Below are positions 1-8,835 of a stretch of DNA of 64,000 nt, in pieces (position 1 is the stretch's first letter; each line of letters opens with the position of its first letter). The stretch is from Pedosphaera parvula Ellin514 (GTDB lineage Bacteria > Verrucomicrobiota > Verrucomicrobiia > Limisphaerales > JADJPG01). The notes under the pieces are model-generated. The model searched no databases and was not told where the DNA came from. It saw only the letters and a program-made list of their open reading frames with translations. The DNA lies in assembly GCA_943332515.1 (NCBI GenBank), contig CALQPR010000005.1:35567-99566 (forward strand), given 5' to 3'. The position numbers were made by a program, and so were the translations under genes.

Positions 1-817
1 TCGCCGGCATCTGTTCGAGAATCGGCCCCGGTTTCACATCCTGAGACCAGACATTGGCGGCGGTGATCTCGCCCTCGGCGGCGGGCAGTCCAGCCCCCAG
101 GCGAATCTCGTCGCGGATGAAGATTCCTTCCAGCGTCACCGATGGCTGTGTGCGCTGATGCGTGATAATGTCGGCATTCAAGCCGGCGATGATTTCCAAG
201 GCGAGAGCAGCCTTGTCTTCGAGGTCGCTGAAGTTCTTGAGGGCCTCGTTGGCGGCGGCAGTCTTGGCCTTGAGCCCTTTGGCGGCCTTGAACTCCGACA
301 GAAGGCGAACCGGCAGCGCGACTTCGTTGCTCTGATAAAGGATCGGCTCCGACTTCTTGGTCGGCACGGTGAAGTGACCGTCTTTTTTGATCTCCCGTTT
401 GGCGGCTTCCCACCATTTCTTCCAGTCATCGCGGATGACGTCAGGGACGAGCGCCTGTTGAATCTGGTCGATGGTGGCACGGCCGCCGAAGCTGAGGACC
501 ACGAGCTTGATCAATTCGAGATGATGCAGGGCCGCCATCTGGCGCAGGCCTTCCAGGTCGGAGGCTTTCTTGGCAAGAATGTGATTGCTGGGGATGGCCT
601 TAAGCGACTCGGCGGCGAAGCTCAGGTCCATGGCGTGGCCTGCCTTCGTCTGGAAGTCGATGGTGAAGCGTGCGAAGACTGTATCCACGGTCTTGATCTT
701 GCCGAACCCCCAGCTGCGATGCGTGCAATAGCCGCTCTGGGTGAGGAGCACGAGCGCCTCGACGTGTGCGCCGTTGATCTTTCCTGCGGCGGCCAGTTTA
801 TCGAACTCTTCTCTCAT
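1..817 (-). CDS. conserved hypothetical protein; N-terminal 272 codons present, gene continues beyond the left edge
   Basis: My own reverse-strand translation from ATG (complement of 815-817) gives MREEFDKLAAAGKINGAHVEALVLLTQSGYCTHRSWGFGKIK..., open to position 1 with strong G/C third-position bias. It is absent from the ORF track because it has no in-window stop. The listed 158..844 + ORF is its antisense shadow. Confidence 0.6.
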   Translation of the reverse strand, partial: MREEFDKLAAAGKINGAHVEALVLLTQSGYCTHRSWGFGKIKTVDTVFARFTIDFQTKAGHAMDLSFAAESLKAIPSNHILAKKASDLEGLRQMAALHHLELIKLVVLSFGGRATIDQIQQALVPDVIRDDWKKWWEAAKREIKKDGHFTVPTKKSEPILYQSNEVALPVRLLSEFKAAKGLKAKTAAANEALKNFSDLEDKAALALEIIAGLNADIITHQRTQPSVTLEGIFIRDEIRLGAGLPAAEGEITAANVWSQDVKPGPILEQMPA

Positions 818-868
818 AAGATCGCGTTAAATTCTCGATTGTAGTTGATCGATTTGCATTATTAGGGC

Positions 869-2167
869 GTGGCTTTACAAAAACCAAGAGAAATTGCCGT
901 GCGTTTGCTCCGGCAACACGCGGATGGTTCCGGATTGCTCGAAGACCTGCTGGACGCTGAGTTAAGCAAGGGGGCTCTGGCTCCGGCGGATCGCGGTCTC
1001 GTGCAGGAGTTGACGTTCGGCGTGGTCCGATGGAGGTCCACCCTTGACTGGCTCATCGCGCGCAAGACCGATGAGCGTCCCCAAAAACCTTCGTTGAAGA
1101 TCCTTCTCCGGCTCGCGCTCTACCAGCTCTTCTGGCTTGATCGGATTCCAGACCACGCCGCCGTGCATGAAACCGTCCAGCTTGCGCGCGACCTCGGTTT
1201 CGAATCGCAGTCTGGATTCATCAACGCGGTCCTTCGCAACTGCCTTCGCGAGCGGCTCGCCTTGGAGCAAGAACTGGAAAATCTGAAGCAGAGGTCGCTT
1301 CACCTTGGTTACTCTCATCCAGAATGGCTTTGCAATCGCTGGCTGGAACGCTGGGGCCGTGAGAAGGTCTGCTCCCTGCTCGACTGGAACAACACCGCGC
1401 CGTCTGTCTTCGTCCGGGTCAACACCCTCAAGTCCACTCCGGAGAATCTCGCGCAGCAGTTCGATCGGGAAGGGGTTCTCTTTACACCGCGCGACTTCGA
1501 TTGGACGCCGGGCGGGATTGCTTTTGAACTGCGTTCCCATCCACCGCTGGCGTCGTTGCCCAGCTTCCGCGAAGGCATGTTCTACGTGCAGGACCCGAGC
1601 ACGCTCCTCGCCGTCAGGGAATTGAATCCACAGCCAGGCGAAACTATCCTCGATCTCTGCGCCGCGCCCGGAGGCAAGGCGACGATGATCGCGCAGTTGA
1701 TGGAGAACCGCGGCACCTTGATCGCGCACGACGTGGAACCTGGCCGACTCAAGCTCATCTCCGAAAATTGCACGCGCCTTGGTGCGTCCTGCGTGAAAGC
1801 CACGTCACCCGCCGAGCTTGAAGCGCTTGTGCCCGCGACGCAGTTCGACCGCATCCTGGTCGATGCGCCCTGCTCGAACTCCGGCGTCATACGTCGTCGT
1901 GTTGAGCTTCGTTGGCGCATCCAGCCATCGGAGATCGAGCGCCTGCGCGATGTTCAGCTTCAGCTAGTGCGGCAAGCTGCGGCGATGCTGAAGCCTGGAG
2001 GAACTTTGGTTTACAGCACGTGCAGTCTGGAGCCGGAGGAGAACAGCGAAGCGGTCGCAGAATTCCTGGCGACGGTCCCTGGATTCACGCGAGTGAGCGA
2101 GCGGAGCCTGATCCCCTTTAATGACGCAACAGATGGTGCATTCGTGGCGACGCTCCGGAAGGAGTGA
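869..2167 (+). CDS. rsmB: 16S rRNA (cytosine967-C5)-methyltransferase RsmB/Sun (NusB-like N-domain plus SAM methyltransferase)
   Basis: 432 aa with a GTG start. Motifs ILDLCAAPGGK, DRILVDAPCSNSGV and TLVYSTCSLEPEENS are typical of RsmB/NOL1/NOP2. Confidence 0.9.
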   Translation: MALQKPREIAVRLLRQHADGSGLLEDLLDAELSKGALAPADRGLVQELTFGVVRWRSTLDWLIARKTDERPQKPSLKILLRLALYQLFWLDRIPDHAAVHETVQLARDLGFESQSGFINAVLRNCLRERLALEQELENLKQRSLHLGYSHPEWLCNRWLERWGREKVCSLLDWNNTAPSVFVRVNTLKSTPENLAQQFDREGVLFTPRDFDWTPGGIAFELRSHPPLASLPSFREGMFYVQDPSTLLAVRELNPQPGETILDLCAAPGGKATMIAQLMENRGTLIAHDVEPGRLKLISENCTRLGASCVKATSPAELEALVPATQFDRILVDAPCSNSGVIRRRVELRWRIQPSEIERLRDVQLQLVRQAAAMLKPGGTLVYSTCSLEPEENSEAVAEFLATVPGFTRVSERSLIPFNDATDGAFVATLRKE

Positions 2168-2232
2168 TCGCTTGCTGGCGTGCAGCTACGTCTGTCTTGC
2201 GAGCATCAAACGTTGCGAGCGCTTCGCAATCC

Positions 2233-3786
2233 TCAGAAGGATTTCGAGGACGTTTCGCCGGCGGTGAGAATCGCCTCTGGTGTGGTCGCCCTTGAGAACG
2301 GGAGATGGTTGGACGACTTCTGAGCCGCAGCAGTTGAGGGTGGCTGATTGGCGGACTGCCCGGATTGTGCGGTGAGGCCGAGGAAACCACGGAGAGTCCT
2401 CAGCGAATCTTTCACGGCGCTCGCCTGCGCATTCAGTTCCTGCGACGCGCTGGCGCTTTCCTCGGCGCTGGCGGCGTTGGCTTGAGTGACTTTGTCCATC
2501 TGCGTCACGGCGGTGTTGACCTGGGCGATTCCCTGCGCCTGTTCGTTGGAGGCCGTGGCGATCTCGGCCACATACTGGTCGACCTCTCTCGTCTTCAAAG
2601 TAATCTGCGAAAAATTCTCGGCGACCTTCGCGCTGATCTGCACGCCACGCTCGCTCTTGGAGATCGCGTCCTCGATCTTCTCGGATGTTTCCTTGGCGCT
2701 GGCGGCGCTGCGCTGCGCGAGGTTTCGCACCTCATCCGCCACGACGGCAAATCCCAGGCCGGCTTCTCCTGCGCGAGCCGCCTCCACCGCTGCGTTCAAC
2801 GCCAGGATGTTCGTCTGGAACGCGATCTCATCGATGGACTTCACGATCTTCGCGATATCCGCGCTGGAAGTCTTGATGTCGTTCATCGCGCTCTGCATCT
2901 CCGCCATCGCTGAAGTTCCTGAGTCCGCGGCGACGCGTGTCTCGTTGGCGAGTGATTTTGCCTTGTTCGCCGCCTCGGCGTTGCGGCGGACCATGCTTGT
3001 CATCTCTTCCAGGGAAGCGCCGGTCTCCTCCAGTGAAGCGGCCTGCTCGCTGGCACCCTCGGCGAGCGTCTGGCTGGCAGTGGCCACTTCGGATGACGCT
3101 GCGGCTACTTGCTCGGCTCCCTCGCCCAGGTCATCCACGACCCGGCGCAATGTCTTCTTGAGTGAGCGCACGATGGTGGTCGAGACCAGCAGCGAGAGAA
3201 TCACCGTCAGGCCAAGTGCTGGAATCATGCCGCGGTAACCGCTCACGGATGCATCGGAGATATCCTGATTCGCAGCCTTCAAGTTTTTGATATTCCAGTC
3301 CTCGAGCTGCTTGAGGGACTGATCAACGCTCTCGAACTTTTGCAGAACCTCGCTTTGCACCCAGTTGGCCGCCTCCTGCTGCTTGCCCTGCCTGCTCAAC
3401 TCTAGCGTGGCCTTGAAGCTGGTGACGAAATTGGCTCGATTGCTCCGGAACGCATCAAACATCAGGCGATCTTCGGGCAGCGTGATGGATGCCTCGTAGT
3501 CCTTCATCTGCTGATCAATGGATGCCACGTTGGCGGCGATGGTGGAATCCAGCGCAGCCTTGTCCTTGGCAAAGATGTGCGCTTGGGACAAACCGAGATT
3601 CTCCTTGAGGGTGGATTGAATTCCGAGAATCGCGATGGTTCCTGGTACGCAGTCGGTGCGCATGAACTGCGCGTGCTTCTCGACGGTACGCAGCTTGGCC
3701 ATCGCGAATCCGCCGGAGGCCAGTCCCAATACGGTAACGACGGCAAAGCCAATCGTGATGCTCTTGCTCAGTGTCCAGTTCTTCAT
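2233..3786 (-). CDS. methyl-accepting chemotaxis protein (4HB_MCP-like sensor, HAMP, MA signalling domain)
   Basis: 517 aa with an N-terminal TM, a periplasmic helical region and a second TM. Highly conserved MCP hairpin [25 protein letters not shown]...[41 protein letters not shown]. Confidence 0.9.
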   Translation of the reverse strand: MKNWTLSKSITIGFAVVTVLGLASGGFAMAKLRTVEKHAQFMRTDCVPGTIAILGIQSTLKENLGLSQAHIFAKDKAALDSTIAANVASIDQQMKDYEASITLPEDRLMFDAFRSNRANFVTSFKATLELSRQGKQQEAANWVQSEVLQKFESVDQSLKQLEDWNIKNLKAANQDISDASVSGYRGMIPALGLTVILSLLVSTTIVRSLKKTLRRVVDDLGEGAEQVAAASSEVATASQTLAEGASEQAASLEETGASLEEMTSMVRRNAEAANKAKSLANETRVAADSGTSAMAEMQSAMNDIKTSSADIAKIVKSIDEIAFQTNILALNAAVEAARAGEAGLGFAVVADEVRNLAQRSAASAKETSEKIEDAISKSERGVQISAKVAENFSQITLKTREVDQYVAEIATASNEQAQGIAQVNTAVTQMDKVTQANAASAEESASASQELNAQASAVKDSLRTLRGFLGLTAQSGQSANQPPSTAAAQKSSNHLPFSRATTPEAILTAGETSSKSF

Positions 3787-4268
3787 AAATAAGATTCCAA
3801 AAACGTTTCAAGCCAGCCGCGTGCTGGTCCCGGTTTCCGGCGGATCGTCAGTCGCACGCTGCGCAAACCAAAAGGCACAATCGAGTCGTCGTGTGAGATG
3901 ATCTCAACAGAAGCGATAACTCAATTGTGCCTTCGACTTGCAGGCCCACGGTCCTGCCCGAGAAAGCGCTGCAACGTGCCAGCAGTTCCTGACACGATGG
4001 AATCGGATGATCTGGGAGTTACGTTAGGAGGAAAATGTTCGGGCAGGTGAGGGCCGGGGGCGTGGTATCGTAGTTGAAGGTCCCCATGAACGAGCAGCGG
4101 TTGCTGTTGCCGCAGTTGTCCGTGGCTGTGTGGGTGCCGATATGAATTCCCGGCGAAGACACGAGCGACGTCGGATTTCAGACGATGGTCGGATTGGGAT
4201 CGTGGCCATCGGCTGCGGTAGCCTGGAAGAAGTCGAGGCTCACGCTCCACTCCGTGGGCAACCCGTGG

Positions 4269-4826
4269 CTACAACAAGCCGAGCTGTAGCTTCGCCGCCT
4301 CGGTCATCATGCCCTGGTTCCATTGCGGGTCCCAGACGAGCTCGACGTTCGCCTCGTCCACTTCTTCGATCATGAGGAGCTTGTTCGAGACGTCCTGTTG
4401 GAGGACCGGGCCCATCCCGCAACCGGGCGCGGTGAGTGTCATCTTCACGTCCACCTTGAAGCGGTCCGTGGCTCCCGCCAGCGCCTCGACGTGGCAGTCG
4501 TAGATGAGGCCGAGGTCCACGATGTTCACCGGAATCTCCGGGTCGTAACAGGTCTTCATCTGCGCCCAGGATTCCTTCTCGACGTCCTCCAGCGTGCGCG
4601 GCGCGTGACCGGTGCTGGCGGCCTTCTGCTCGACCTGAAGGCCGAGCGCGTCCGCGTCCGCTCCGCCGATGCGGAACATGTTCCCGTTCACGACGACGGT
4701 GTAGGCGCCGCCGAGCGACTGCGTGATGTGAGCGACCTCGCCCTTGAGCAAGGTGACCTTGGTGCCCACGGGCACGACCGAGGCTTCAACATCGCGGGTG
4801 AGAGTGACGGATTCGTTGGGGTGCAT
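4269..4826 (-). CDS. sufT: Fe-S cluster assembly protein SufT (DUF59/MIP18 family)
   Basis: 185 aa. The C-terminal DUF59 signature reads CYDPEIPVNIVDLGLIYD...MTLTAPGCGMG...WDPQWNQGMMTEAAKLQLGLL. It is the last gene of the suf operon. Confidence 0.8.
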   Translation of the reverse strand: MHPNESVTLTRDVEASVVPVGTKVTLLKGEVAHITQSLGGAYTVVVNGNMFRIGGADADALGLQVEQKAASTGHAPRTLEDVEKESWAQMKTCYDPEIPVNIVDLGLIYDCHVEALAGATDRFKVDVKMTLTAPGCGMGPVLQQDVSNKLLMIEEVDEANVELVWDPQWNQGMMTEAAKLQLGLL

Positions 4827-4853
4827 AAGATCTGGAAGTGCTGGTTCAGTTCA

Positions 4854-5522
4854 GCCCCGCAGGGGCGCAATGTTAAAGCCCAGGGTGAAGCCCTGGGCTA
4901 TGGCGTTAAAAGGGAACGAGCCCTGTAAGGGCGAAACAACCGGCTTCACGCTGGCCGCATGTTCAATCCCACACATAGCGTTCATCCACTGGTTTGCCGT
5001 TCTTCTCGCAGAAACGACGAAACTCGGCTTGAAAATCTTCCTGCTGGTGATGTTCCGCCTGTTCGCGGATGTAGTCGCGAACAGGCTCCACATGGACCGG
5101 ACTGACGCTGAATTCGCCGTAGCCGCCCTGCCAGGCAAAGTCAGCATACCAATGGTCGAGCGTCTTCAGCCAGCCGGAGGACGACGACTTGACCTGTTCC
5201 ACAATCGTCGCCGGAGCGTGACTCTTGGACTGAGCGAAGAGAATGTGAATGTGGTCTCGGACGGAGTTGATCTCGATGAGCAATGAATCGTGATTGCGCA
5301 GGACGCCCGTGATGTAGGCGTGATGTTCGCCGCGCTCTTCATCGCGCAGGAGTTGGCGACGTCCCTTGGTGCTGAAGACGAGATGGACGACGATATTGGC
5401 GAGGGATTGAGCCATGCCGGTTACGCCCTTTCAGGGCTTGGACTATTCGTGGTGGCGTTACCCAGGCCTTCGCTCGCGATGCTCGCTTCAGCCTGGGCTG
5501 TCACATCGCGGCCTTTCAGGCC
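4854..5522 (-). mobile_element. RAYT (REP-associated tyrosine transposase) unit: tnpA-REP gene flanked by about 90-105-bp inverted, hairpin-rich repeats
   Basis: The reverse complement of the left flank 4854-4943 aligns with the right flank 5417-5522. Shared blocks are CCGGTT, GCCCTTaCAGGGCT / GCCCTTtCAGGGCT, CCCAGG..CCTGGGCT and ACATtGCGcCC / ACATcGCGgCC. Each flank carries short palindromes such as GCCCAGGG-tgaa-CCCTGGGC. Confidence 0.7.
4963..5415 (-). CDS. REP-associated tyrosine transposase (IS200/Y1 HUH family, RAYT)
   Basis: 150 aa. N-terminal HLVFSTKGRR, HUH motif DHIHILF, and C-terminal catalytic Tyr region VRDYIREQAEHHQQEDF. Confidence 0.85.
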   Translation of the reverse strand: MAQSLANIVVHLVFSTKGRRQLLRDEERGEHHAYITGVLRNHDSLLIEINSVRDHIHILFAQSKSHAPATIVEQVKSSSSGWLKTLDHWYADFAWQGGYGEFSVSPVHVEPVRDYIREQAEHHQQEDFQAEFRRFCEKNGKPVDERYVWD

Positions 5523-5936
5523 TGTCGAAACGGACGCGCCAGCCAGCGTGCGGATGCGCTCCACCATCGCGAAGAGGCCGTTCTTGCGCGTCGGGCTGAG
5601 GTGATTGTCCAGGCCAAGCTTGCCGAGGACGGACTTCGCGTCGGCCTTCAGAATCTCGTCAGGCGTCCGGCCGTTGAAGATGAGCTGGAGCACGGCGATG
5701 AGGCCGCGCACGATGAACGCGTCGCTGTCCGCACGGATGCGAAGCGCGCCGGCCCGTTCCGGGTCCGGCTCCATCACCAGCCACACCATTGCCTGGCAGC
5801 CGTGGACGCGGTTATCCTCGGACTTCTCCGCGTCGGCCAGTCCGGGCAGCTTCTTGCCGAGGTCGATCAGGTAGCCGTAACGCTCCTCCCAGTCGCCGAG
5901 CAGTTCGAAGTTCGAGATGAGCTTTTCGAGAGTCAT
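5421..5936 (-). CDS. sufE: cysteine desulfuration protein SufE, with a C-terminal extension encoded by the RAYT flank
   Basis: 171 aa with SufE signature ERYGYLIDLGKKLP...RVHGCQAMVWL...SDAFIVRGLIAVL. The last 31-34 codons (GLKGRDVTAQAEASIASEGLGNATTNSPSPERA) and the stop codon lie in the inverted repeat 5417-5522. Confidence 0.85.
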   Translation of the reverse strand: MTLEKLISNFELLGDWEERYGYLIDLGKKLPGLADAEKSEDNRVHGCQAMVWLVMEPDPERAGALRIRADSDAFIVRGLIAVLQLIFNGRTPDEILKADAKSVLGKLGLDNHLSPTRKNGLFAMVERIRTLAGASVSTGLKGRDVTAQAEASIASEGLGNATTNSPSPERA

Positions 5937-7294
5937 TTGCCAACGGCTACAGCCTCATGTTGCTCCAGGCGGTCCCAGACGAGCACGTCGAGTTCTTCGC
6001 GCAGGGCGTCGTGCTTCACGCGGTCGATGATCTCGCCGGCGAAGGCGTGGATCAACATGCGCCGCGCGTTCTCCAGCCCGATGCCGCGGCTGCGCAGGTA
6101 GTAAATCGATTCATCGTTCAACTGGCCGATGGTCGCCCCGTGCGTGCATTTCACGTCGTCAGCATAGATCTCGAGCTGCGGCTTGGTGTCGGCGGTGGCG
6201 TCGTCGGAGAGCAGCAGGTTTTTGTTCGTCTGCTTGGCGTCGGTCTTCTGCGCGTCCGGCCGGACGAGGATGCGTCCGTGGAAGACGCCCTTCGATTTGC
6301 CGGCAAGAATGCCATTGAAATACTCGTGGCTCGCGCAGTGCGGCTTCGCGTGATCCACGACCATGTAGTGGTCGGAGATCTGGTCGTTGTTCGTGATGTA
6401 AACGCCGTTCAGCACGCACTCGATGCCTTCGCCGTCGAGCGTGGTGCGGAGGTTGTTCCGCGCAAGCTTCGCGCCGGTCGCAATGGAATGGGACGAGAAG
6501 CTCACGGCCCGTCCCAGGTGCGAATGCAGCGCGGCGATGTGAAATGCCTCGGGGCTTTCATCCTGGAACTTGCAGTGCTCGACGACGGCGTTGTCGCCGA
6601 GCGCGAACTCGGTGACCGCGTTCGTGAAGGTCGGCGCGCTGGCGAGGCTCGCGTAGCTCTCGATGACGGTGAGCTTCGCGCCGCGTTCCGCGATGATGAG
6701 GTTGCGCGGATGCGTGGTGGCACCGGCGTCCTTGCTGGTGTTGATGAAGAGGAATTGCACCGGATCATCCACGGACTCACCGGCAGGGACGTAAACAAAA
6801 CCGCCGTCCTGGAAGAAGGCGTTGTTCAGCGCGGCGAAGGCGTTGTCCTCGGTGCGGACGTAGCGGCCGAGATGCTTCTCGACGAGCGCGGAATCATTCG
6901 CGAGCGCGGTGGCGAGGCTGCTGACCTTGATGCCATTCGGCTGCATCGGCGCGGTCGAAAGTTCGGCGGCGAAGTGGCCGTTCACGAAGACGAGGCGCGT
7001 GCCGGGAAGTTTCGCGAAGGAGAACTGATCCAGCGAATCCTTCGTGAGTCCATCGCGTGCCGCGTCGAGCGAGGGCTTGAACGGAAGCTTCGCAATGGGC
7101 GCGACGTTGGTGAAGCGCCAGTCTTCGTTCTTGAGCGTGGGGAAGCCGAGTTCGGCGAAGCGCGCGATGCCGGCCTTGCGCAGCGGGAAGAGCCACGAGG
7201 GTTGGGTGGTCGCTGCGGCCTGCTCGAAGCGCTCGAAGGCTTTCAGATGCGCATCGCTTGGTTTCGCCACGGAAGTTGATTGGATTGCGGTCAT
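5933..7294 (-). CDS. sufD: Fe-S cluster assembly protein SufD
   Basis: 453 aa located between sufC and sufE. Typical C-terminal SufD region: [44 protein letters not shown]-like. There is a 4-nt overlap with sufE. Confidence 0.9.
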   Translation of the reverse strand: [453 protein letters not shown]

Positions 7295-7325
7295 GATGCG
7301 GAAAGAGATTCAGCGTTAAGTCGCG

Positions 7326-8099
7326 TCACGCCTTCGCCGCGTCGGGCTTGATGAGCCAGTCGTAGCCCTTCTCTTCGAGTTCGAGCGCGAGCTCCTTGCC
7401 GCCCGTCTTGACGATGCGTCCGTCCCACAGCACATGCACGAAGTCGGGCACGATGTGGTCGAGCAGACGCTGGTAGTGCGTGATGACGAGCGTCGCGTTG
7501 TTCGCGTTCTTCAACGTGTTCACGCCGTGCGAGACGATCTTGAGCGCGTCGATGTCGAGGCCGGAATCAGTCTCGTCGAGGATGGCCAGCCGGGGTTCGA
7601 GCACGGCCATCTGGAAGATTTCGTTGCGCTTCTTTTCGCCGCCGGAGAAGCCGACGTTCACGGCGCGCTTGAGCAGGTCTTCCTTGAGCTCGAGCAGCTT
7701 CATCTTTTCCTTCACGAGCGTGAGGAATTCCATCGCGTCGAGCTCCGGCTGGCCCTTGTGCTTGCGGCATTCGTTGAGCGCGGCGCGGAGGAAGTAGGTG
7801 CTGTTCACGCCGGGAATCTCGACGGGATATTGAAACGCGAGGAAGACGCCTTCGCGCGCGCGGATTTCGGGGTCCATCTCCAGGAGATCTTTGCCTTCGT
7901 AGATGACTTCGCCGGCGGTGACATCGTAGGCGTCGCGCCCGGCGAGAATCGCAGCGAGCGTGCTCTTGCCGGAGCCGTTGGGCCCCATGATGGCATGGAC
8001 TTCACCGGGCCGGATGACGAGGTTGATGCCCTTGAGGATTTTCTTTTCCTCCACACCGGCGTGGAGGTTCTGGATGGCGAGGATGGGTTGTTGGCTCAT
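7326..8099 (-). CDS. sufC: Fe-S cluster assembly ATPase SufC
   Basis: 257 aa with Walker [13 protein letters not shown] signature FSGGEKKR and Walker [13 protein letters not shown]. Confidence 0.95.
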   Translation of the reverse strand: MSQQPILAIQNLHAGVEEKKILKGINLVIRPGEVHAIMGPNGSGKSTLAAILAGRDAYDVTAGEVIYEGKDLLEMDPEIRAREGVFLAFQYPVEIPGVNSTYFLRAALNECRKHKGQPELDAMEFLTLVKEKMKLLELKEDLLKRAVNVGFSGGEKKRNEIFQMAVLEPRLAILDETDSGLDIDALKIVSHGVNTLKNANNATLVITHYQRLLDHIVPDFVHVLWDGRIVKTGGKELALELEEKGYDWLIKPDAAKA

Positions 8100-8161
8100 G
8101 GTTCGTCTGGAAATGAAATGGAGTATGGCTTCGGCAAATGATTGGGAGAACGCCCGGTGCG

Positions 8162-8344
8162 TTACGCTACTTTCGCTTTGGTCTTTCGGGCGGTTCGTTC
8201 CTTCACGAAGGAAACAAGCTTGTGGCCGGAACGCTTTTCGCGGCTGCGCATGTCGCGAACCATCGCGCGGAGGTCGTAGTCAAATTTGGCCGCCAAGGTG
8301 TCCTTGGTTTTCCACATCTCTTCTAGAATTGAATCGTTAGTCAT
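8162..8344 (-). CDS. small protein coupled to the PIN-like gene (putative antitoxin-like partner)
   Basis: 60 aa: [46 protein letters not shown]... Its ATG overlaps the stop of the upstream PIN-like ORF by 8 nt (ATGACTAA). Confidence 0.5.
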   Translation of the reverse strand: MTNDSILEEMWKTKDTLAAKFDYDLRAMVRDMRSREKRSGHKLVSFVKERTARKTKAKVA

Positions 8345-8822
8345 TGGTCTGGTCTCCCATCAATTCGCCCGGTGTGCAAACGACCGGACAGTTGAATCCA
8401 CGTTCCAAACAGACGCTTTGGATCTTCCGCAGCATTTCGGCATTCGCGATGTGGCGACAATTCCACGTCAGGAGAAACTGCATCTCATGAACTGCGGACA
8501 CCGCGATATGGAGCGCGTCGCGGGTGGCTTTGCGCGGCAGTGGGCCGGAGCGAATCAACGCCACCGCCAAGCTTGTCGCTTCGGGGGAAAGTTCAAGCTG
8601 CCCAAACGGCTTCAGCAACTCACGGCGTTGGCGAGCCATCTCACGATCTCCCACGACCACTTCGTCGATGACGACTTGGGAAACGTAGATGTCGAAGTCC
8701 TTCCTGCGCCGCATCCACCAATCACGAGTCATCTGCTGCTGTGCCGCCATGATCAAATCACGGCTGGGCCGCGCCACGTAGTAGCTGGGAATCGTGCTTT
8801 CGAGATAGAGCTTTGGTTTCAT
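8337..8822 (-). CDS. PIN-like domain protein (VapC-family toxin-like)
   Basis: 161 aa. Acidic and conserved positions are spaced as in PIN folds (LYLESTI, VIDEV, RDALHIAVSAVHEMQFLLTWNCRHIAN). Family assignment is by recognition only. Confidence 0.6.
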   Translation of the reverse strand: MKPKLYLESTIPSYYVARPSRDLIMAAQQQMTRDWWMRRRKDFDIYVSQVVIDEVVVGDREMARQRRELLKPFGQLELSPEATSLAVALIRSGPLPRKATRDALHIAVSAVHEMQFLLTWNCRHIANAEMLRKIQSVCLERGFNCPVVCTPGELMGDQTND

Positions 8823-8835
8823 CCGGGGCTGATTA

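Noticed and set aside
3964-3990. Minus-strand TGGCACGTTGCA upstream of the MCP gene, considered as a sigma-54 promoter.
   Set aside because: The GG and GC elements are not separated by the required spacer (TGGCAC-N5-TTGC), so the register is wrong.
4178-4180. Selenocysteine recoding at the in-frame TGA codons 4178-4180 and 29318-29320.
   Set aside because: I saw no convincing SECIS-like hairpin just downstream by eye, no Cys/Sec redox motif context, and no sel genes in the window. Decay or separate small ORFs are simpler explanations.
3921-4250. 109-aa minus-strand ORF (MEREPRLLPGYRSRW...) in the sufT-MCP gap.
   Set aside because: It has an His/Arg/Gln-rich odd composition and weaker third-position G/C than the overlapping alternative frame, which is reported separately as a finding. 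It has no motif.
5957-7279. Long ORFs antisense to confident genes. Examples: 5957..7279+, 8875..10293+, 7434..8141+, 13097..13795-, 14035..14700-, 19391..20380-, 21803..22963-, 23110..24384-, 24864..25823-, 25890..26600-, 32109..33398+, 33367..35022+, 34899..36638+, 42819..43652+, 55645..56589-, 56610..57500-, 58691..59950-, 62309..63142-.
   Set aside because: They are typical high-GC shadow ORFs. Each lies opposite a gene with clear family motifs, has an Arg/Gly/Ala/Asp/His-rich low-complexity translation and shows no recognisable domain.
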